Positions 30,408-41,070 of a stretch of DNA of 64,000 nucleotides are shown piece by piece; within the stretch, counting starts at the first letter, position 1; each line of letters opens with the position of its first letter. The stretch comes from Candidatus Latescibacterota bacterium (GTDB taxonomy: Bacteria > Latescibacterota > UBA2968 > GCA-2709665), in NCBI GenBank assembly GCA_965203805.1, contig OZ241917.1, forward strand, positions 640,001 to 704,000, in the 5' to 3' direction. A program made the position numbers and the translations under genes. The notes beneath the pieces were generated by a model, which saw nothing but the letters and a program-made list of their open reading frames with translations, did not search any database and was not told where the DNA came from.

Positions 30408-31356
30408 AGGACGTGCTCAGTTCGATCAGATAGTCGGACGTCAGCTGGCTTTCGTTCACGTTTTGAAATACGACGATGGGCAGGTGAAATTCAACACTCA
30501 GATTGTCCAGGACATTAAGCCCCAGTTCCGGCGAAAGATACGTCCACTTCCCGCCGCGTTCTCTTGTAATCTTGCCGAACTGGTATCGATCCCTTGACGT
30601 GATCAGGTTTTTCAGACTCAAGCCGCCGAAGAACCAGCCGTCGCCGGCGTATTCCAGAGACAGGCTTGCGTGCAGTTCGTTTCCGTATTTGTAGCCGTAT
30701 ATGTTCTGCCGTGTGGTGATGCGGGTAAAGACGCCTCCGGAGACCGTCAGATCTTCAAGTCGTTGAACTACATTGAACGCGAGAATCGGATCCACGCTAC
30801 CCGATCCGATCTGAAGATTGTCGGAGAAACGTTCGCCGTATTGATCTAATGCATTAACGGATCCGTTTGCCAGCTTCAATCCAACCCCGACATTCATACC
30901 GGGAAAGCCCGCCTTTAGAGGTGCGGCGTAATTCAACATGACCACAATATCGCCCAGCCCGGAAGCATGCCGGACATACTTCCCTCCCTCATATTGATTG
31001 TGGTTCTGGCCGCGCAGCAGCACTTTTTCATTGGTCACGGAACGAAACGGGACGGCAAGCGCAAGACCGATGCGTCGGGTCACACCGTACGAGGCAAAGA
31101 TGGTGGTCGTGGCATTATCGGTACGCTCGCGATTGACGTTCGGGATCGCACGAGACCCGTAGTGGGGGTCGGACAGGAACTCGTAGCCGTAGTGAACGCT
31201 GAGCTTCAGGTGGTCCTGGACGCCCAGGCTGTTCTGCATCAGGCTTCCGCCCGGAAGCACGGGACGGCGTCAGCTGACGCCGCCTTGAGCGTTGGCGGCC
31301 GGGGCCGTGAAGGATTGCGTGATGATGAACAGACAGAACGCTGAGTACAAACGCAT
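30391..31356 (-). CDS. Outer-membrane beta-barrel 'transporter'-type protein with in-frame UGA (candidate selenoprotein)
   Basis: ATG 31356 with a GAGG RBS; signal peptide MRLYSAFCLFIITQSFTAPAANA-QGGVS, then TGA (31272-31270) in frame with the 289-aa ORF (GLGDI, QIGSGSVD, C-terminal YVFSL). Confidence 0.7.
31243..31258 (-). promoter_or_regulatory. Putative bacterial SECIS hairpin
   Basis: mRNA reads UGA + 11 nt + GCUUCC-GGGC-GGAAGC. Confidence 0.65.
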
Positions 31357-31525
31357 ACCGGGTTTCCTCAATCTCTGGATTTTGAACGCGAGGCTGGCGT
31401 CCGGGTTTCACGGGTTGAAATATACCTTACATGAGTCTGGATGGCAAGGCGGATTTTGATTCGTGACACGACATAGAGCCCAAATTTACATATCTTTACA
31501 TAGCCCGCCGTCGCGCTGTTTTTGC

Positions 31526-31554
31526 TTGACACCGTGGGACGATTGGGCTATCTT
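31526..31554 (+). promoter_or_regulatory. sigma70 promoter for the tRNA pair
   Basis: TTGACA-17 nt-TATCTT about 45 nt upstream of tRNA-Arg. Confidence 0.7.
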
Positions 31555-31598
31555 TAACCACCGCTTTTCAGCGGACGGCTTCGTGCGCCGGACTTGTG

Positions 31599-31672
31599 GC
31601 TCCCGTAGCTCAGCTGGATAGAGCAACTGCCTTCTAAGCAGTAGGTCGCAGGTTCGAGTCCTGCCGGGAGTG
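31599..31672 (+). tRNA. tRNA-Arg(TCT)
   Basis: Acceptor GCTCCCG/CGGGAGT, anticodon arm ACTGC-CT-TCT-AA-GCAGT, T-loop GGTTCGAGTCC; CCA not encoded. Confidence 0.96.
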
Positions 31673-31686
31673 TATTGTGGCAGTTC

Positions 31687-31837
31687 GCGTTCTGTCCCGG
31701 AAACAGGTTGGCTGATTTCGGCCGACGAGTCGCCCGACTCACAAAGCCCCTGAGTGAGTTGACCTGGGCAAGGTCGGCGAGCGAAGGGAACGCTGCGAGA
31801 CGGGATGAATGGTAAGATATTTCCGGGTCGGGAAGAT
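31687..31837 (+). mobile_element. MITE-like repeat family A, copy 4 (between the two tRNAs)
   Basis: TTCTGTCCCGGAAACAGGTTGG...GGCAAGGTCGGCGAGCGAA...GACGGGATGAAT...TTTCCGGG. Confidence 0.72.
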
Positions 31838-31841
31838 TAGT

Positions 31842-31919
31842 GGTGGGTGTAGCTCAGCTGGTTAGAGCGCCTGGTTGTGGCCCAGGAGGTCGGGGGTTCA
31901 AGTCCCCTCACTCACCCCA
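31842..31919 (+). tRNA. tRNA-His(GTG)
   Basis: G-1, acceptor GTGGGTG/CACTCAC, anticodon loop TT-GTG-GC, encoded CCA. Confidence 0.96.
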
Positions 31920-32027
31920 TTTTTTTCGCTATCTCTCGCCTTTGGTTCCCTCATTGGGTGTGAACCAGAGGTTTTTTCACGTCCGCCATTTTCCATGATT
32001 TCGGCCGATCACCCTCGAAGCGCGCCC

Positions 32028-33356
32028 ATGCGGGCGATGATTATCGGTCTGGATGGTACGCCATGCAGTCTGATCCACCGGCTGGTCTCCGACGGTCTGA
32101 TGCCGAATTTCGCGGACCTGCTGCAGGCCGGAACCCTGGCGGATATGGAGTCCGTATTGCCTACGGTTTCGTCGGTGGCCTGGGCGTCGCTGGTCACCGG
32201 ATGCAATCCGGGCAAGCACAATATCTATGGCTTCATCGACCGTGTGCCGCAGACCCATGAAATGTACATCCCGACGTCCGGAACGATGCGAGCGAGGCCC
32301 TGGACGGAAATTTTCAGCGGGATGGGCAGGCGTGTCTTTTCCATGGGCGTGCCGACGACCTACCCCCCAAAGCCGGTGAACGGCATTCAGATTTCAGGTT
32401 TTCTGGCGCCGGATCTGAACCGGGCGACCTATCCCCCCGAAGTGGCGCGCCGGCTGTCCGAAATGGGATACCGGATCGACATCGACGCGTGGCTTGCCCG
32501 CCGTGACACGGAGAAATTTCTGGATGATGTCTTCCAGGCTATGGAACGGCGGTTCGACGCGATGTTCGAGTTTCTGGACCAGGAGCCATGGGACCTGTTT
32601 GTCGCGCATGTTCTGGAAACGGACAGATTGCACCATTTTTTATGGGGCCTTGTTGAAGACGGCAGCGAGGCCTATCTGCCCTGGTTCAACCGGTTTTATG
32701 CCAGGGTTGACCGTGCCATCGGTGAAGTCGCGAACCGCTTTGACGACGACGTGCTGATGATGATTGTTTCCGACCATGGATTCTGCAAATTGAAGTATGA
32801 AGTGCATCTGAATTACTGGTTGCGCCAGGCCGGTTATCTGCGTTTCCCCGGAAAGACGGCAAATGGACTGCGCGACCTTGGACCTGACACGCGATGTTAT
32901 TCGCTATTGCCCGGGCGCATCTACCTGTCTTTGCGGGGCCGCGAACGCGGGGGATGCGTTGCGCCCGGTGCGGAGTACGAGTCGTTGAGACAGGACATCG
33001 CCGACGGACTCATGGAACTCCGTAACCCGGTAACGGGTGAACGTGTGATCCGGAGGATCTTCCGGCGTGAGGAACTCTACACCGGCGATGCCTCTGACCT
33101 GGCGCCGGATCTGGTGGCCATGCCGGTGGAGGGCTACGATTTGAAGGGCGGTTTCGATAAGGAGGAATTGATGGCGCGCGGTCCGGTCAACGGCACCCAT
33201 ACCTTCTCGGACGCGATGTTCTTCCTTAATCGCAAGGTGGATGTATTGCAGGACGTTCGCGTGATCGATGTGTTGCCCACACTCTTCGATGCAATTGGAC
33301 TGGAAATCCCCCGCGGTGTCGACGGGCGGTCCGTCGTTGCCGGCCCAGTGAACTGA
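32028..33356 (+). CDS. Alkaline phosphatase superfamily (nucleotide pyrophosphatase/phosphodiesterase)
   Basis: IIGLDG, PTVSSVAWASLVTG.NPGKHNIYGF, DRLHH, VSDHGF, GTH. Confidence 0.9.
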   Translation: MRAMIIGLDGTPCSLIHRLVSDGLMPNFADLLQAGTLADMESVLPTVSSVAWASLVTGCNPGKHNIYGFIDRVPQTHEMYIPTSGTMRARPWTEIFSGMGRRVFSMGVPTTYPPKPVNGIQISGFLAPDLNRATYPPEVARRLSEMGYRIDIDAWLARRDTEKFLDDVFQAMERRFDAMFEFLDQEPWDLFVAHVLETDRLHHFLWGLVEDGSEAYLPWFNRFYARVDRAIGEVANRFDDDVLMMIVSDHGFCKLKYEVHLNYWLRQAGYLRFPGKTANGLRDLGPDTRCYSLLPGRIYLSLRGRERGGCVAPGAEYESLRQDIADGLMELRNPVTGERVIRRIFRREELYTGDASDLAPDLVAMPVEGYDLKGGFDKEELMARGPVNGTHTFSDAMFFLNRKVDVLQDVRVIDVLPTLFDAIGLEIPRGVDGRSVVAGPVN

Positions 33357-33395
33357 ACCTCAAGCGAAAATCCGGAAGATACATAGGGAGGACAT

Positions 33396-33995
33396 GTGAC
33401 GAAACTGGTCCTGCTCGCGATTGCAATGGGTGTTTCGGCGGCTGTCGGCCACGCCGACAGGGAACACGTGCTGGATACCAGCGAGGAGAACATGGAGCGG
33501 ATCGCCAGGTCACTCGGGGTGCGATGCACGCATTGCCACACCGCACGGAGACCGGATGGAAGACCTGACTTCACGGCGCCTTCCCTGTTCAAGCGGACAA
33601 CTGTCCATATGAAGGTTCACTTTGTGGACGGCCTGCAAACCGCGGATGGGAAGTCGCTGGATTGCATGTCCTGCCACCAGGGCAACGCCCGGTTTGTTCC
33701 TCGGGACCTCAAAGACGCCAAACCGTCCAACATGTCCGAGCGATTACCCCGGCGGGAGATCTTTCGGAAGATGAAGGCCATTGAGAAGGCGCTGGGGGTA
33801 AACTGCGAATACTGCCACGTCAGGCGCGAAGACGGGCGCCTCGCTCCGGAGCAGCCGACGAAACGCAAGCTGGTGGCCAAGTATATGATGGACCATTTCG
33901 AGGGCGCGTTGATCACGTCAGGCGGAAAGCCGGCCACCTGCGGAACCTGCCATGCGGGTACGGCGGCATTCTTGCCGCGCTCGACCGGTGAGTGA
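33396..33995 (+). CDS. Secreted tetraheme c-type cytochrome (PufC-like repeats)
   Basis: Signal peptide; CTHCH, CMSCH, CEYCH, CGTCH; duplicated M..I..(S/A)LGV.C..CH unit. Confidence 0.85.
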   Translation: MTKLVLLAIAMGVSAAVGHADREHVLDTSEENMERIARSLGVRCTHCHTARRPDGRPDFTAPSLFKRTTVHMKVHFVDGLQTADGKSLDCMSCHQGNARFVPRDLKDAKPSNMSERLPRREIFRKMKAIEKALGVNCEYCHVRREDGRLAPEQPTKRKLVAKYMMDHFEGALITSGGKPATCGTCHAGTAAFLPRSTGE

Positions 33996-34008
33996 GAGTT
34001 TGAGGCCG

Positions 34009-34048
34009 AAAAAAGAAGGGCCGAACAGAAAACTGTCCGGCCCTTTTT
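34009..34048. terminator. Bidirectional terminator between the cytochrome gene and nrdJ
   Basis: A run, AAGGGCCG.ACAG-AAAA-CTGT.CGGCCCTT hairpin, T run. Confidence 0.8.
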
Positions 34049-34065
34049 CCTTTATTTGGCTCGTG

Positions 34066-37000
34066 TTACGAACAGCCAACCGAATTCCCGCAATTCAGGC
34101 ATCGATAACAGGATCCGTTACGTACTGTGATGTGTCCGCACGTGTCGCAAAAAGGCGCATCCCCCATCATCCGCGAGAGTTGATCGTCGAGGACCACTGA
34201 TTGAGGATGTAGGTGCGCTTCCGCGTAGGATGACGACCCGTTGGAAGGGGCGTGCGTTGAACCTGCGCCCGTGGCGCCATTGGTGGCGGGGTCGGCTTTC
34301 GGTGTGGGCGCCGCCGGCGGTGAAATGTCGGGCGCTTCGGCCCGCTCATCGGGAGACACGGGACTCTGCGCTGAGAGTGAAATCATCTCGGTTTCCAGAT
34401 CGTTGTGGTCGTTGATGTCCGGAGCGATATCTTCGGGCTTGACTTGCAGAAAGTCCGTCCGGCCAAGGTATTCATAGCCGAGGACACGGAAGATATAATC
34501 GATGACGGAGGTTGCGAATTTTATGTTGGGGTGATCGACGGATCCCCAGGGTTCGAAACGCGTAAAAGTGAGGCGGTCCACGAACTCTTCGAGGGGTACG
34601 CCGTGTTGCAGACCCTTGGAAATGGCGATCGCGAAGCAGTCCAGCATGGCGCGGAACGGCGCACCCTCTTTGCTCATGTCGATGAAGATTTCGCCGAGAG
34701 TACCGTCTTCGTATTCACCCGTGCGCAAGAAGACCTTTTGATTGGCCACACGCGCTTCCTGGGTGAATCCATGCCGTTTTTGGGGGAGGCGTCTTCTTGT
34801 GGGCCGCGTCGCCGACGGAACAGGCGCCGGCGTTGTCTTTCCGGATGCGCCAGCCACGGACTCATCGCGCGACGCTTCCGCGGTTTCCTCTTCAGCGTCG
34901 GATTTGGTAGCCGTACTCAACGGCTGCGAGAGTTTGGAGCCGTCTCGATAGATGGCGACGGCCTTCAGGCCCAGATTCCAACCCTTGATGTAAAGGTCTT
35001 CAATCTCTGTGGCGGTGGTTTCGCCGGGGACGTTTACGGTCTTGGAAATGGCGCCGCAAATAAACTCCTGGGCGGCGGACATCATGCCCAGGTGCGCCAT
35101 CGGTGCGATAAAGCGTTTGCCATGCCTGCCGCACTTGTTAGCGCAGTCGAATATGGGCAGGTGCTCGTCTTTGAGGTGAGGCGCACCCTCAACCGTCATT
35201 CGGCCGCAGACGTATTCGCCGGCTTCGTTGATTTGTGTTTCGTTGAATCCGAGTTCAGCGAGCAGATTGAACCCGGGAGCGTTGTACTGTTCCGGGGCGT
35301 AGCCCAGGCGTTGCATCAGTGCTTCGCCGAGAATCCAGGGTGTGAAGGCGAATTCCAGTTCAAGCACACCGGGCAGCGCGCCTTCCGCCTTTTTCAGATC
35401 TCCTGGACCGAAGCCCTTCGCCATTAACGATTCGACGTTCACATGCGGCGCGTCTTTCAGTGAGAGCCTGCCGCAGAGGTAGGCCAGAATGTCGGCGATT
35501 TCTCCCTCGGAATAACCGAGGTGCTCCAGGGCCTTCGGCACAGCGTGGTTGACAATTTTAAAATAGCCGCCGCCCGCGAGTTTTTTGAATTTGACCAGAG
35601 CGAAATCGGGCTCGATTCCGGTCGTGTCACAATCCATCAGCAGACCGATGGTTCCGGTCGGTGCGATGACTGTGGCCTGAGCGTTGCGATAGCCGTATTT
35701 TTCACCAAGTTCAACCGCAAGGTCCCAATCCTCCCTCGCGGCGCGCAGCAGATCGTGCGGACACGCGTGGGCGTCGATATTGTAAGCGGCATCGCGGTGC
35801 ATGTTCATGACATTGAGCATCGGACCGCGGTTCTTCTCGAAGCCAGGAAACGGACCCTTGTCGGCTGCCATGCGGGCCGAGGTCGCGTAGGCCTGACCGC
35901 ACATAATTGCGGTGATGGCAGCGCAGATGGCCCGTGCGCCGTCGCTGTCGTAGGGCAATCCCTGTACCATCAGAAGCGTTCCCAGGTTGGCATAGCCGAG
36001 GCCAAGGGGGCGGTAATCGTGGCTGTTCTGCGCGATTTTCCCCGTGGGATAGGATGCGAAGTCAACCAGAATTTCCTGGGCAATGAAAAAGATCCGGCAG
36101 GCATGACGAAAACCGTCGATGTCGAATGTGCCATCGTTGTTGAGGAACTTCATGAGATTGATCGAAGCGAGATTGCACGCCGTATCGTCGAGGAACATAA
36201 ATTCCGAACACGGGTTGGATCCGTAAATGCGGTCCGTGTTGGCGCATGTGTGCCAGTGGTTGATGGTGGTGTCGTACTGCATGCCGGGATCTGCGCATGA
36301 CCAGGCGGCCTCGCCGATCTGACGCATGAGATCGCGGGCCTTGTGCGTTTCGTAGACTTCGCCGGTCGTGCGAAGCCGGGTGTGCCACTCGCCGTCGTCT
36401 TTGCAGGCCTGCATAAATGCATCGGTGACGCGGACCGAGTTGTTAGAGTTCTGGCCGGAGACCGTCTGGTAGGCCTCGCCGTTGAAGTCGGAACTGTAGC
36501 CGGCGGCCATAAGCGCCGCGACCTTCTTTTCTTCTTTCACCTTCCAATTGATGAAATCGAGAATTTCAGGGTGATCCATGTCCAGGCAGACCATTTTGGC
36601 GGCACGCCGCGTCGTCCCGCCGGATTTGATGGCGCCGGCGCCTTTGTCGAGGACCTCCAGAAAGGACATCAGGCCGGATGAGACGCCTCCTCCGGAGAGC
36701 TTTTCCATTTTTCCGCGAATTCTGGAGAAGTTGGTACCCGTGCCGGATCCGTATTTAAAGAGCCGAACTTCGCTCTTCAACAATTCGAAAATATCCATCG
36801 TGTCGTCCCGGACGGACTGAATGTAACAGGCGGAGCATTGCGGATGAGAATACGAGTCTTCGGTTTCCGATACGGAATCCCGGTCCGGGTTCCAGTGCCA
36901 GTTGCCGCCGCTGCCATGAATCCCGTATTCGTGGTACAGTCCACAGTTGAACCAGACCGGCGAGTTGAAAGCGCCCTTTTGATGTACCAGATGGTACGCA

Positions 37001-37326
37001 AGTTCCGCCTCGAAGGTATCCGCATCTTCGGTTGAGTCAAAGTATCCGCCCTGATCCTCGCCGGCCCTGCGAATGGTATGCGCCACGCGGTGCATCACCT
37101 GGCGGACGGACGTTTCGTGTCCGGTTTCCGGCACGCCCCGTTTTCTGAAATATTTCGATACGACGATGTCCGTTGCCAACTGCGACCACTCAGCCGGAAC
37201 TTCCGCGTGGTCCATTCGAAAGACTTCGGACCCGTCGGGGTTGGTGATAACGGACGTTTTCTGTACATAGTCGACCTGGTCCAATGGATCCTGGCCCGGT
37301 ATCGTATGCCTGCGTTCAAGCTTCAT
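34066..37326 (-). CDS. nrdJ: Vitamin B12-dependent (class II) ribonucleotide reductase
   Basis: FNSPVWFN, PQCSAC, SNPCSEF, IAPTGTI, GAISKTVN, C-terminal CxxC...CYRCLNCG. Confidence 0.96.
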   Translation of the reverse strand: MKLERRHTIPGQDPLDQVDYVQKTSVITNPDGSEVFRMDHAEVPAEWSQLATDIVVSKYFRKRGVPETGHETSVRQVMHRVAHTIRRAGEDQGGYFDSTEDADTFEAELAYHLVHQKGAFNSPVWFNCGLYHEYGIHGSGGNWHWNPDRDSVSETEDSYSHPQCSACYIQSVRDDTMDIFELLKSEVRLFKYGSGTGTNFSRIRGKMEKLSGGGVSSGLMSFLEVLDKGAGAIKSGGTTRRAAKMVCLDMDHPEILDFINWKVKEEKKVAALMAAGYSSDFNGEAYQTVSGQNSNNSVRVTDAFMQACKDDGEWHTRLRTTGEVYETHKARDLMRQIGEAAWSCADPGMQYDTTINHWHTCANTDRIYGSNPCSEFMFLDDTACNLASINLMKFLNNDGTFDIDGFRHACRIFFIAQEILVDFASYPTGKIAQNSHDYRPLGLGYANLGTLLMVQGLPYDSDGARAICAAITAIMCGQAYATSARMAADKGPFPGFEKNRGPMLNVMNMHRDAAYNIDAHACPHDLLRAAREDWDLAVELGEKYGYRNAQATVIAPTGTIGLLMDCDTTGIEPDFALVKFKKLAGGGYFKIVNHAVPKALEHLGYSEGEIADILAYLCGRLSLKDAPHVNVESLMAKGFGPGDLKKAEGALPGVLELEFAFTPWILGEALMQRLGYAPEQYNAPGFNLLAELGFNETQINEAGEYVCGRMTVEGAPHLKDEHLPIFDCANKCGRHGKRFIAPMAHLGMMSAAQEFICGAISKTVNVPGETTATEIEDLYIKGWNLGLKAVAIYRDGSKLSQPLSTATKSDAEEETAEASRDESVAGASGKTTPAPVPSATRPTRRRLPQKRHGFTQEARVANQKVFLRTGEYEDGTLGEIFIDMSKEGAPFRAMLDCFAIAISKGLQHGVPLEEFVDRLTFTRFEPWGSVDHPNIKFATSVIDYIFRVLGYEYLGRTDFLQVKPEDIAPDINDHNDLETEMISLSAQSPVSPDERAEAPDISPPAAPTPKADPATNGATGAGSTHAPSNGSSSYAEAHLHPQSVVLDDQLSRMMGDAPFCDTCGHITVRNGSCYRCLNCGNSVGCS

Positions 37327-37395
37327 AGGGGTACTTCCTCCGAGTATCTGGGATCGTTTTGAAACGGCGAAACAATAAAGAAACCCGCCTGGGCA

Positions 37396-37575
37396 GTGTC
37401 CTGTCCCGGAAACAGATCGCCACAGTTCGGCGGCCGGGCCGCTCGGTCGGCAACGTCAGTGAACGAAGGCACGTCGACAGGCCACTTCGGCAAGCGTGGT
37501 GCAAGCAGCGCAAGCGACACAGCAAGACGGGATGAATCGGCGGACGAGTGGTAACCTCTTTGGGGGACCGGACAC
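37396..37575 (+). mobile_element. MITE-like repeat family A, copy 5 (between nrdR and nrdJ)
   Basis: GTGTCCTGTCCCGGAAA ... GACGGGATGAATCGGCGG ... TTTGGGGGACCGGACAC. Confidence 0.72.
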
Positions 37576-37717
37576 TGGATCTACGTTGCGTTTACAGCCG
37601 TATTTTTCCTTCCCGGCCGTTACATTGATGCCGCAGGCAAATAAAACGAATATTGAAGACGCATCTGAAGGGGAATGGCGCGTCCGCGTTACGTGGGACA
37701 AGGGGAGGAAATCTGCT

Positions 37718-38182
37718 TCAGTCGCCTGCTTGAGGGGAAGCGAGTTGCCGGAGTTCCTTTTCGAAGTCGCTCAGGTCTTTGAACTGTCTGTAGACCGATG
37801 CAAAACGGACATAGGCGACCTGGTCCAGTTCTTTGAGTTCGTTAATGACCAGCTCGCCGATATCGTTGGCCGCCACCTCCCGTTCGCCGGTGCCGCTCAG
37901 CCTGGCTTCGATCCGGTCTGCGATCTCTTCGAGCCGGTCCGTAGAGATGGGCCGTTTGTTGCAGGCGAGATGCAACTTGGAAAAGAGCTTTTCTTTATTG
38001 AAAGTTTCGCGTCGACCGTCGGATTTGACAACCATTAGCGGCGTGTCTTCGATGGATTCGTAGGTTGTAAACCGTCGGCCGCAACTCAGACACTCCCTGC
38101 GTCTGCGGATGGCCGTTGCCTCCTTGCTGGACCTGGAGTCCACGACCTTGTCCTCCACCGTTCCACAGTAGGGACACCTCAT
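37718..38182 (-). CDS. nrdR: Transcriptional repressor NrdR
   Basis: MRCPYCG, IRRRRECLSCGRRFTTYE, ATP cone, VAYVRFASVY. Confidence 0.97.
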   Translation of the reverse strand: MRCPYCGTVEDKVVDSRSSKEATAIRRRRECLSCGRRFTTYESIEDTPLMVVKSDGRRETFNKEKLFSKLHLACNKRPISTDRLEEIADRIEARLSGTGEREVAANDIGELVINELKELDQVAYVRFASVYRQFKDLSDFEKELRQLASPQAGD

Positions 38183-38248
38183 GGGAAATCTCCCGATACT
38201 TCACCGAGAGTGGAGATAGGGACAGACATAGGGTCCTCGGGTTGAAGG

Positions 38249-38299
38249 ACCCTATATTGTGGGGTGTTGTTATTATAATACAAAATATTGAGTTGTCAA
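38249..38299 (-). promoter_or_regulatory. nrdR-nrdJ promoter with tandem NrdR boxes
   Basis: Minus strand TTGACA(38299-38294)-16 nt-TATAAT(38277-38272); NrdR-box-like ACCCTATATTGTGGGG (38249) and ACTCAATATTTTGTA (38293-38279), about 30 bp apart. Confidence 0.72.
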
Positions 38300-38668
38300 G
38301 GGAAAACATGCAGGTCTCCATCGATGGTTTACCGAGTTGCCGCGTGCTGACTCTCGCAGCATGGATGGTCAATATCGGCTGTATCCGGGACCGGTTCAGT
38401 ACGGTCCGGCGCAGATACCGTCAACCGGTTCAGCACCAACGAATTCTATCCATTGGCGAGGTCCATTCGGCCCGATCCGGGGCGCATCCGGGACCCTGCG
38501 GCCCGAGGCGGATCGCAGGGTCCCGGGGTTCGGACAAAAGCACGACATCCTGATCCGAAACCGGGTGTCACGTTAAGAAAATACCGGCCTGTACGCGAGT
38601 CGGCACTCCAGAAGGCGACGTTCCTCGACTGTTGTTCGAACACGGGCCGCCTCACGGCGAGTTGCGGC

Positions 38669-41070
38669 TCAAGGCGACAACATCTCGAGGCTTCGATCCC
38701 TGAAATTCAACCTCGTGCCGGAAACGGCCGCGTGTGAGAGGTAGGCGCCGTCCGAGCCGGTCCTGATGACAGCGCAAATCGCATCCGTGCCAACGTCGCC
38801 CGCGCCGAACGTGCGGTAGGACCCGTCGGAAATGATGATGTGGTCCACAACGCCACCGTGTTCCACGACCAGGTACGCGGTTCCCCCCGGCCCGTCGTTC
38901 TCACCGCGACGGACATTCACCCTGGGCAGCGGCATGCTATCGAAGGGATAGAGAACCACGGCAAGGTCGTCCACCCGGCCGCTGCCGGTGGTCTTCAGGT
39001 CCAGCGATGCCCACCGGATGGGCTGCCGGGCGGGCCGAAGGTCCGTGATGCCGCCGAGATGCGCCATGCCGGTACCCTGGCGCACGGCCGGGGTGTCGGG
39101 CGTAACCACAAGCAGGCCGGGCGCCGAGGCGGAAAACACGGCGGATCCGCCTCGCTGCAGCGGGGTGGGGGAGTGCAGCATGAACGAGGCCGTCCGGGAC
39201 TGCCCGTCGGACGAGAACGCGTCAAACACCAGGAAGTAGGGATTCACGTTCAGATCGGGACCGGTTGGTTTCAGAAATACGAAGTGCCGGCGGTGTACCA
39301 CCCCAAGCTGGCGGTAGCCCTGGTGTTCGGCGGCAAAGTAATCCATACCTTCCTGGCTGCTCCACACCGGCTGCTCTCCCACGGCGACACGACGATCCAG
39401 GTTCCTGTCGTCGATCACGAGCATGTTGTGGGCTTTGGAGGTTATATACCAGGGCCGGTGGAGCGGGTCGTCGTAACTGACGCCAAGCCCGGCGTCGACG
39501 GCCAGCGCCTTGCCGTATGCGAATAGCTCGAAGCTGAGGATGTCATAGTGATAATGCCCCCCCGCCCAGGGACCGTAATTGATGACCATGTACGGACTGG
39601 TCCGCGCCCAGTCCATGCGCATCACGGCGAAACCCGAGGGTCGGAAGTCAACCGACTTGAAGGTTGGCGGCTCGACGGGGTCGTCGATGTCGGCGCCGAG
39701 CAGGTTTCTGGCCACCCAGAGCAGGTCGGGCCGATTGAAAACACGTCCGCCGTCGACAAAGACATCGCGGTCGAACCGAGCCCGACCACCGTCGTTCACA
39801 GCAGGCTGGGTGCCCAATGGGCTGATCAGGTACATCCAGTGGTTCAAGGTACGTTCCAGAGGCGGACGCAGGGCTGACGCCTGGGTGTCGTAACCTCCGA
39901 ACCGGTCCAGCAGGTGGGCGAGATTTCTCGGGTCGCGGTAGGCGACATTGGAATAGCTGGAGGGGCAACGTTCGGAATGGCAGCCGTCCTCGTAGAAATC
40001 TCTTTCGAGATGCTCCTCCATTCGATAGACGCCGAGGGAGACCCAGCGGTCGGCGTCTCTGAACTCGGGGAAGTTCAGGCCCAGTTCGGCCAGGGCGTAG
40101 GTCCCCATCACCTGCCAGTTGCCCGATCGGTATCCCTGCTTTTGCAGCTCGTACAGCCAGCGCGCCGATCCCAGGAAGTTTTTCAGGATCCGTTCGTGTG
40201 TCGTTTGTGAGAGCCTCCCGCGATTAAGACGGTAGAACTCCAGAAACACGCGGTTCCTGCGCGCGCCCAGGCCGAGTTCGTACCAGATCGGATCCTTGTC
40301 CTCGTATGCCCCCACGACGTCGTCACGCTGCTCGTACCACTGATTGAAGAGTTCGTCGAAGGCATCCAGGTACTTTGTTTGCCTCGTTCCCAGATACGCC
40401 CAAAGAAGGGGCTGGGACCATTCCCAGTAGTGAAACCCGTATTTTCCGCCCCTGCCGTAATCCGCGTTGAAATCCACGACAGGACCGTGCTGGATGTTGA
40501 CACCACCCCATCCCGTGATATTATGGGCGGCCACGCGGTCCGCCGCCGCCGTATAGTTCTCGTGCTGAAGTAATGGAACGCCTCTTCAATCGTGTAGTAA
40601 GGGACGCCGATGTTGATATAGGCGAACCCGGGACGAGCGTCCCAGTAAGACCCCCACGCCTTATAGGCGGCGGCGAAATCTCCCTGTTCAACCGCGTGTT
40701 TCACATCCTCGAGTCCGGCCCGGCTCAGGTCCATCGCGGCGAAGAGATCGGGATCGCTGATGTGCTTGATCTGCTGATCAAGATAGACCGGATCTTCGCG
40801 GAGATCGGCTCTGGCCGCACCAAAGGCCTCTGCAAAGAGAATGAAGTCACGGAAGCCGACCTGCCCGTCGAGGTCCAAATCGAAACGGTCGTCGAAGGTG
40901 TCGTCGGACCGGGACGTACCATAGTTCCGGGCAAAGGCGACGAAGTCCGCAAAGCCCACGAGACCGTCGCCGTCGAAGTCTCCGGACAAACCGGACCAGG
41001 CTGCAACGTGCATCAGCAGGACAGCCGCGAGCGAGGTCAGGCGGTTCCAACGCGAGATTCTGCTGGTCAT
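38669..41070 (-). pseudogene. Heparinase II/III-like lyase paralog B, frameshifted near 40557 (or sequencing error)
   Basis: Split into ORFs 40183..41070 and 38669..40534; has GTATAGTTCTC where paralog A has GTATAGTTTCTC. Confidence 0.8.

Noticed and set aside
31270-31272. Genome-wide UGA reassignment (Trp/Gly)
   Set aside because: TGA is the normal stop of nuoJ, nuoK, nuoL, lexA and nrdR; only site-specific recoding is plausible.
31599-31919. tRNA-anchored genomic island or prophage
   Set aside because: No integrase is adjacent and I saw no duplicated tRNA 3' end elsewhere in the window.
33396-33995. Evidence of phototrophy from the PufC-like cytochrome
   Set aside because: No pufL/M or bch genes nearby, and the protein is much shorter than true PufC.
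34066-37718. Intein in NrdJ or cobalamin riboswitch upstream
   Set aside because: The protein reads as continuous NrdJ without intein splice motifs; the upstream structured region is explained by a MITE copy and no B12 box was recognised.
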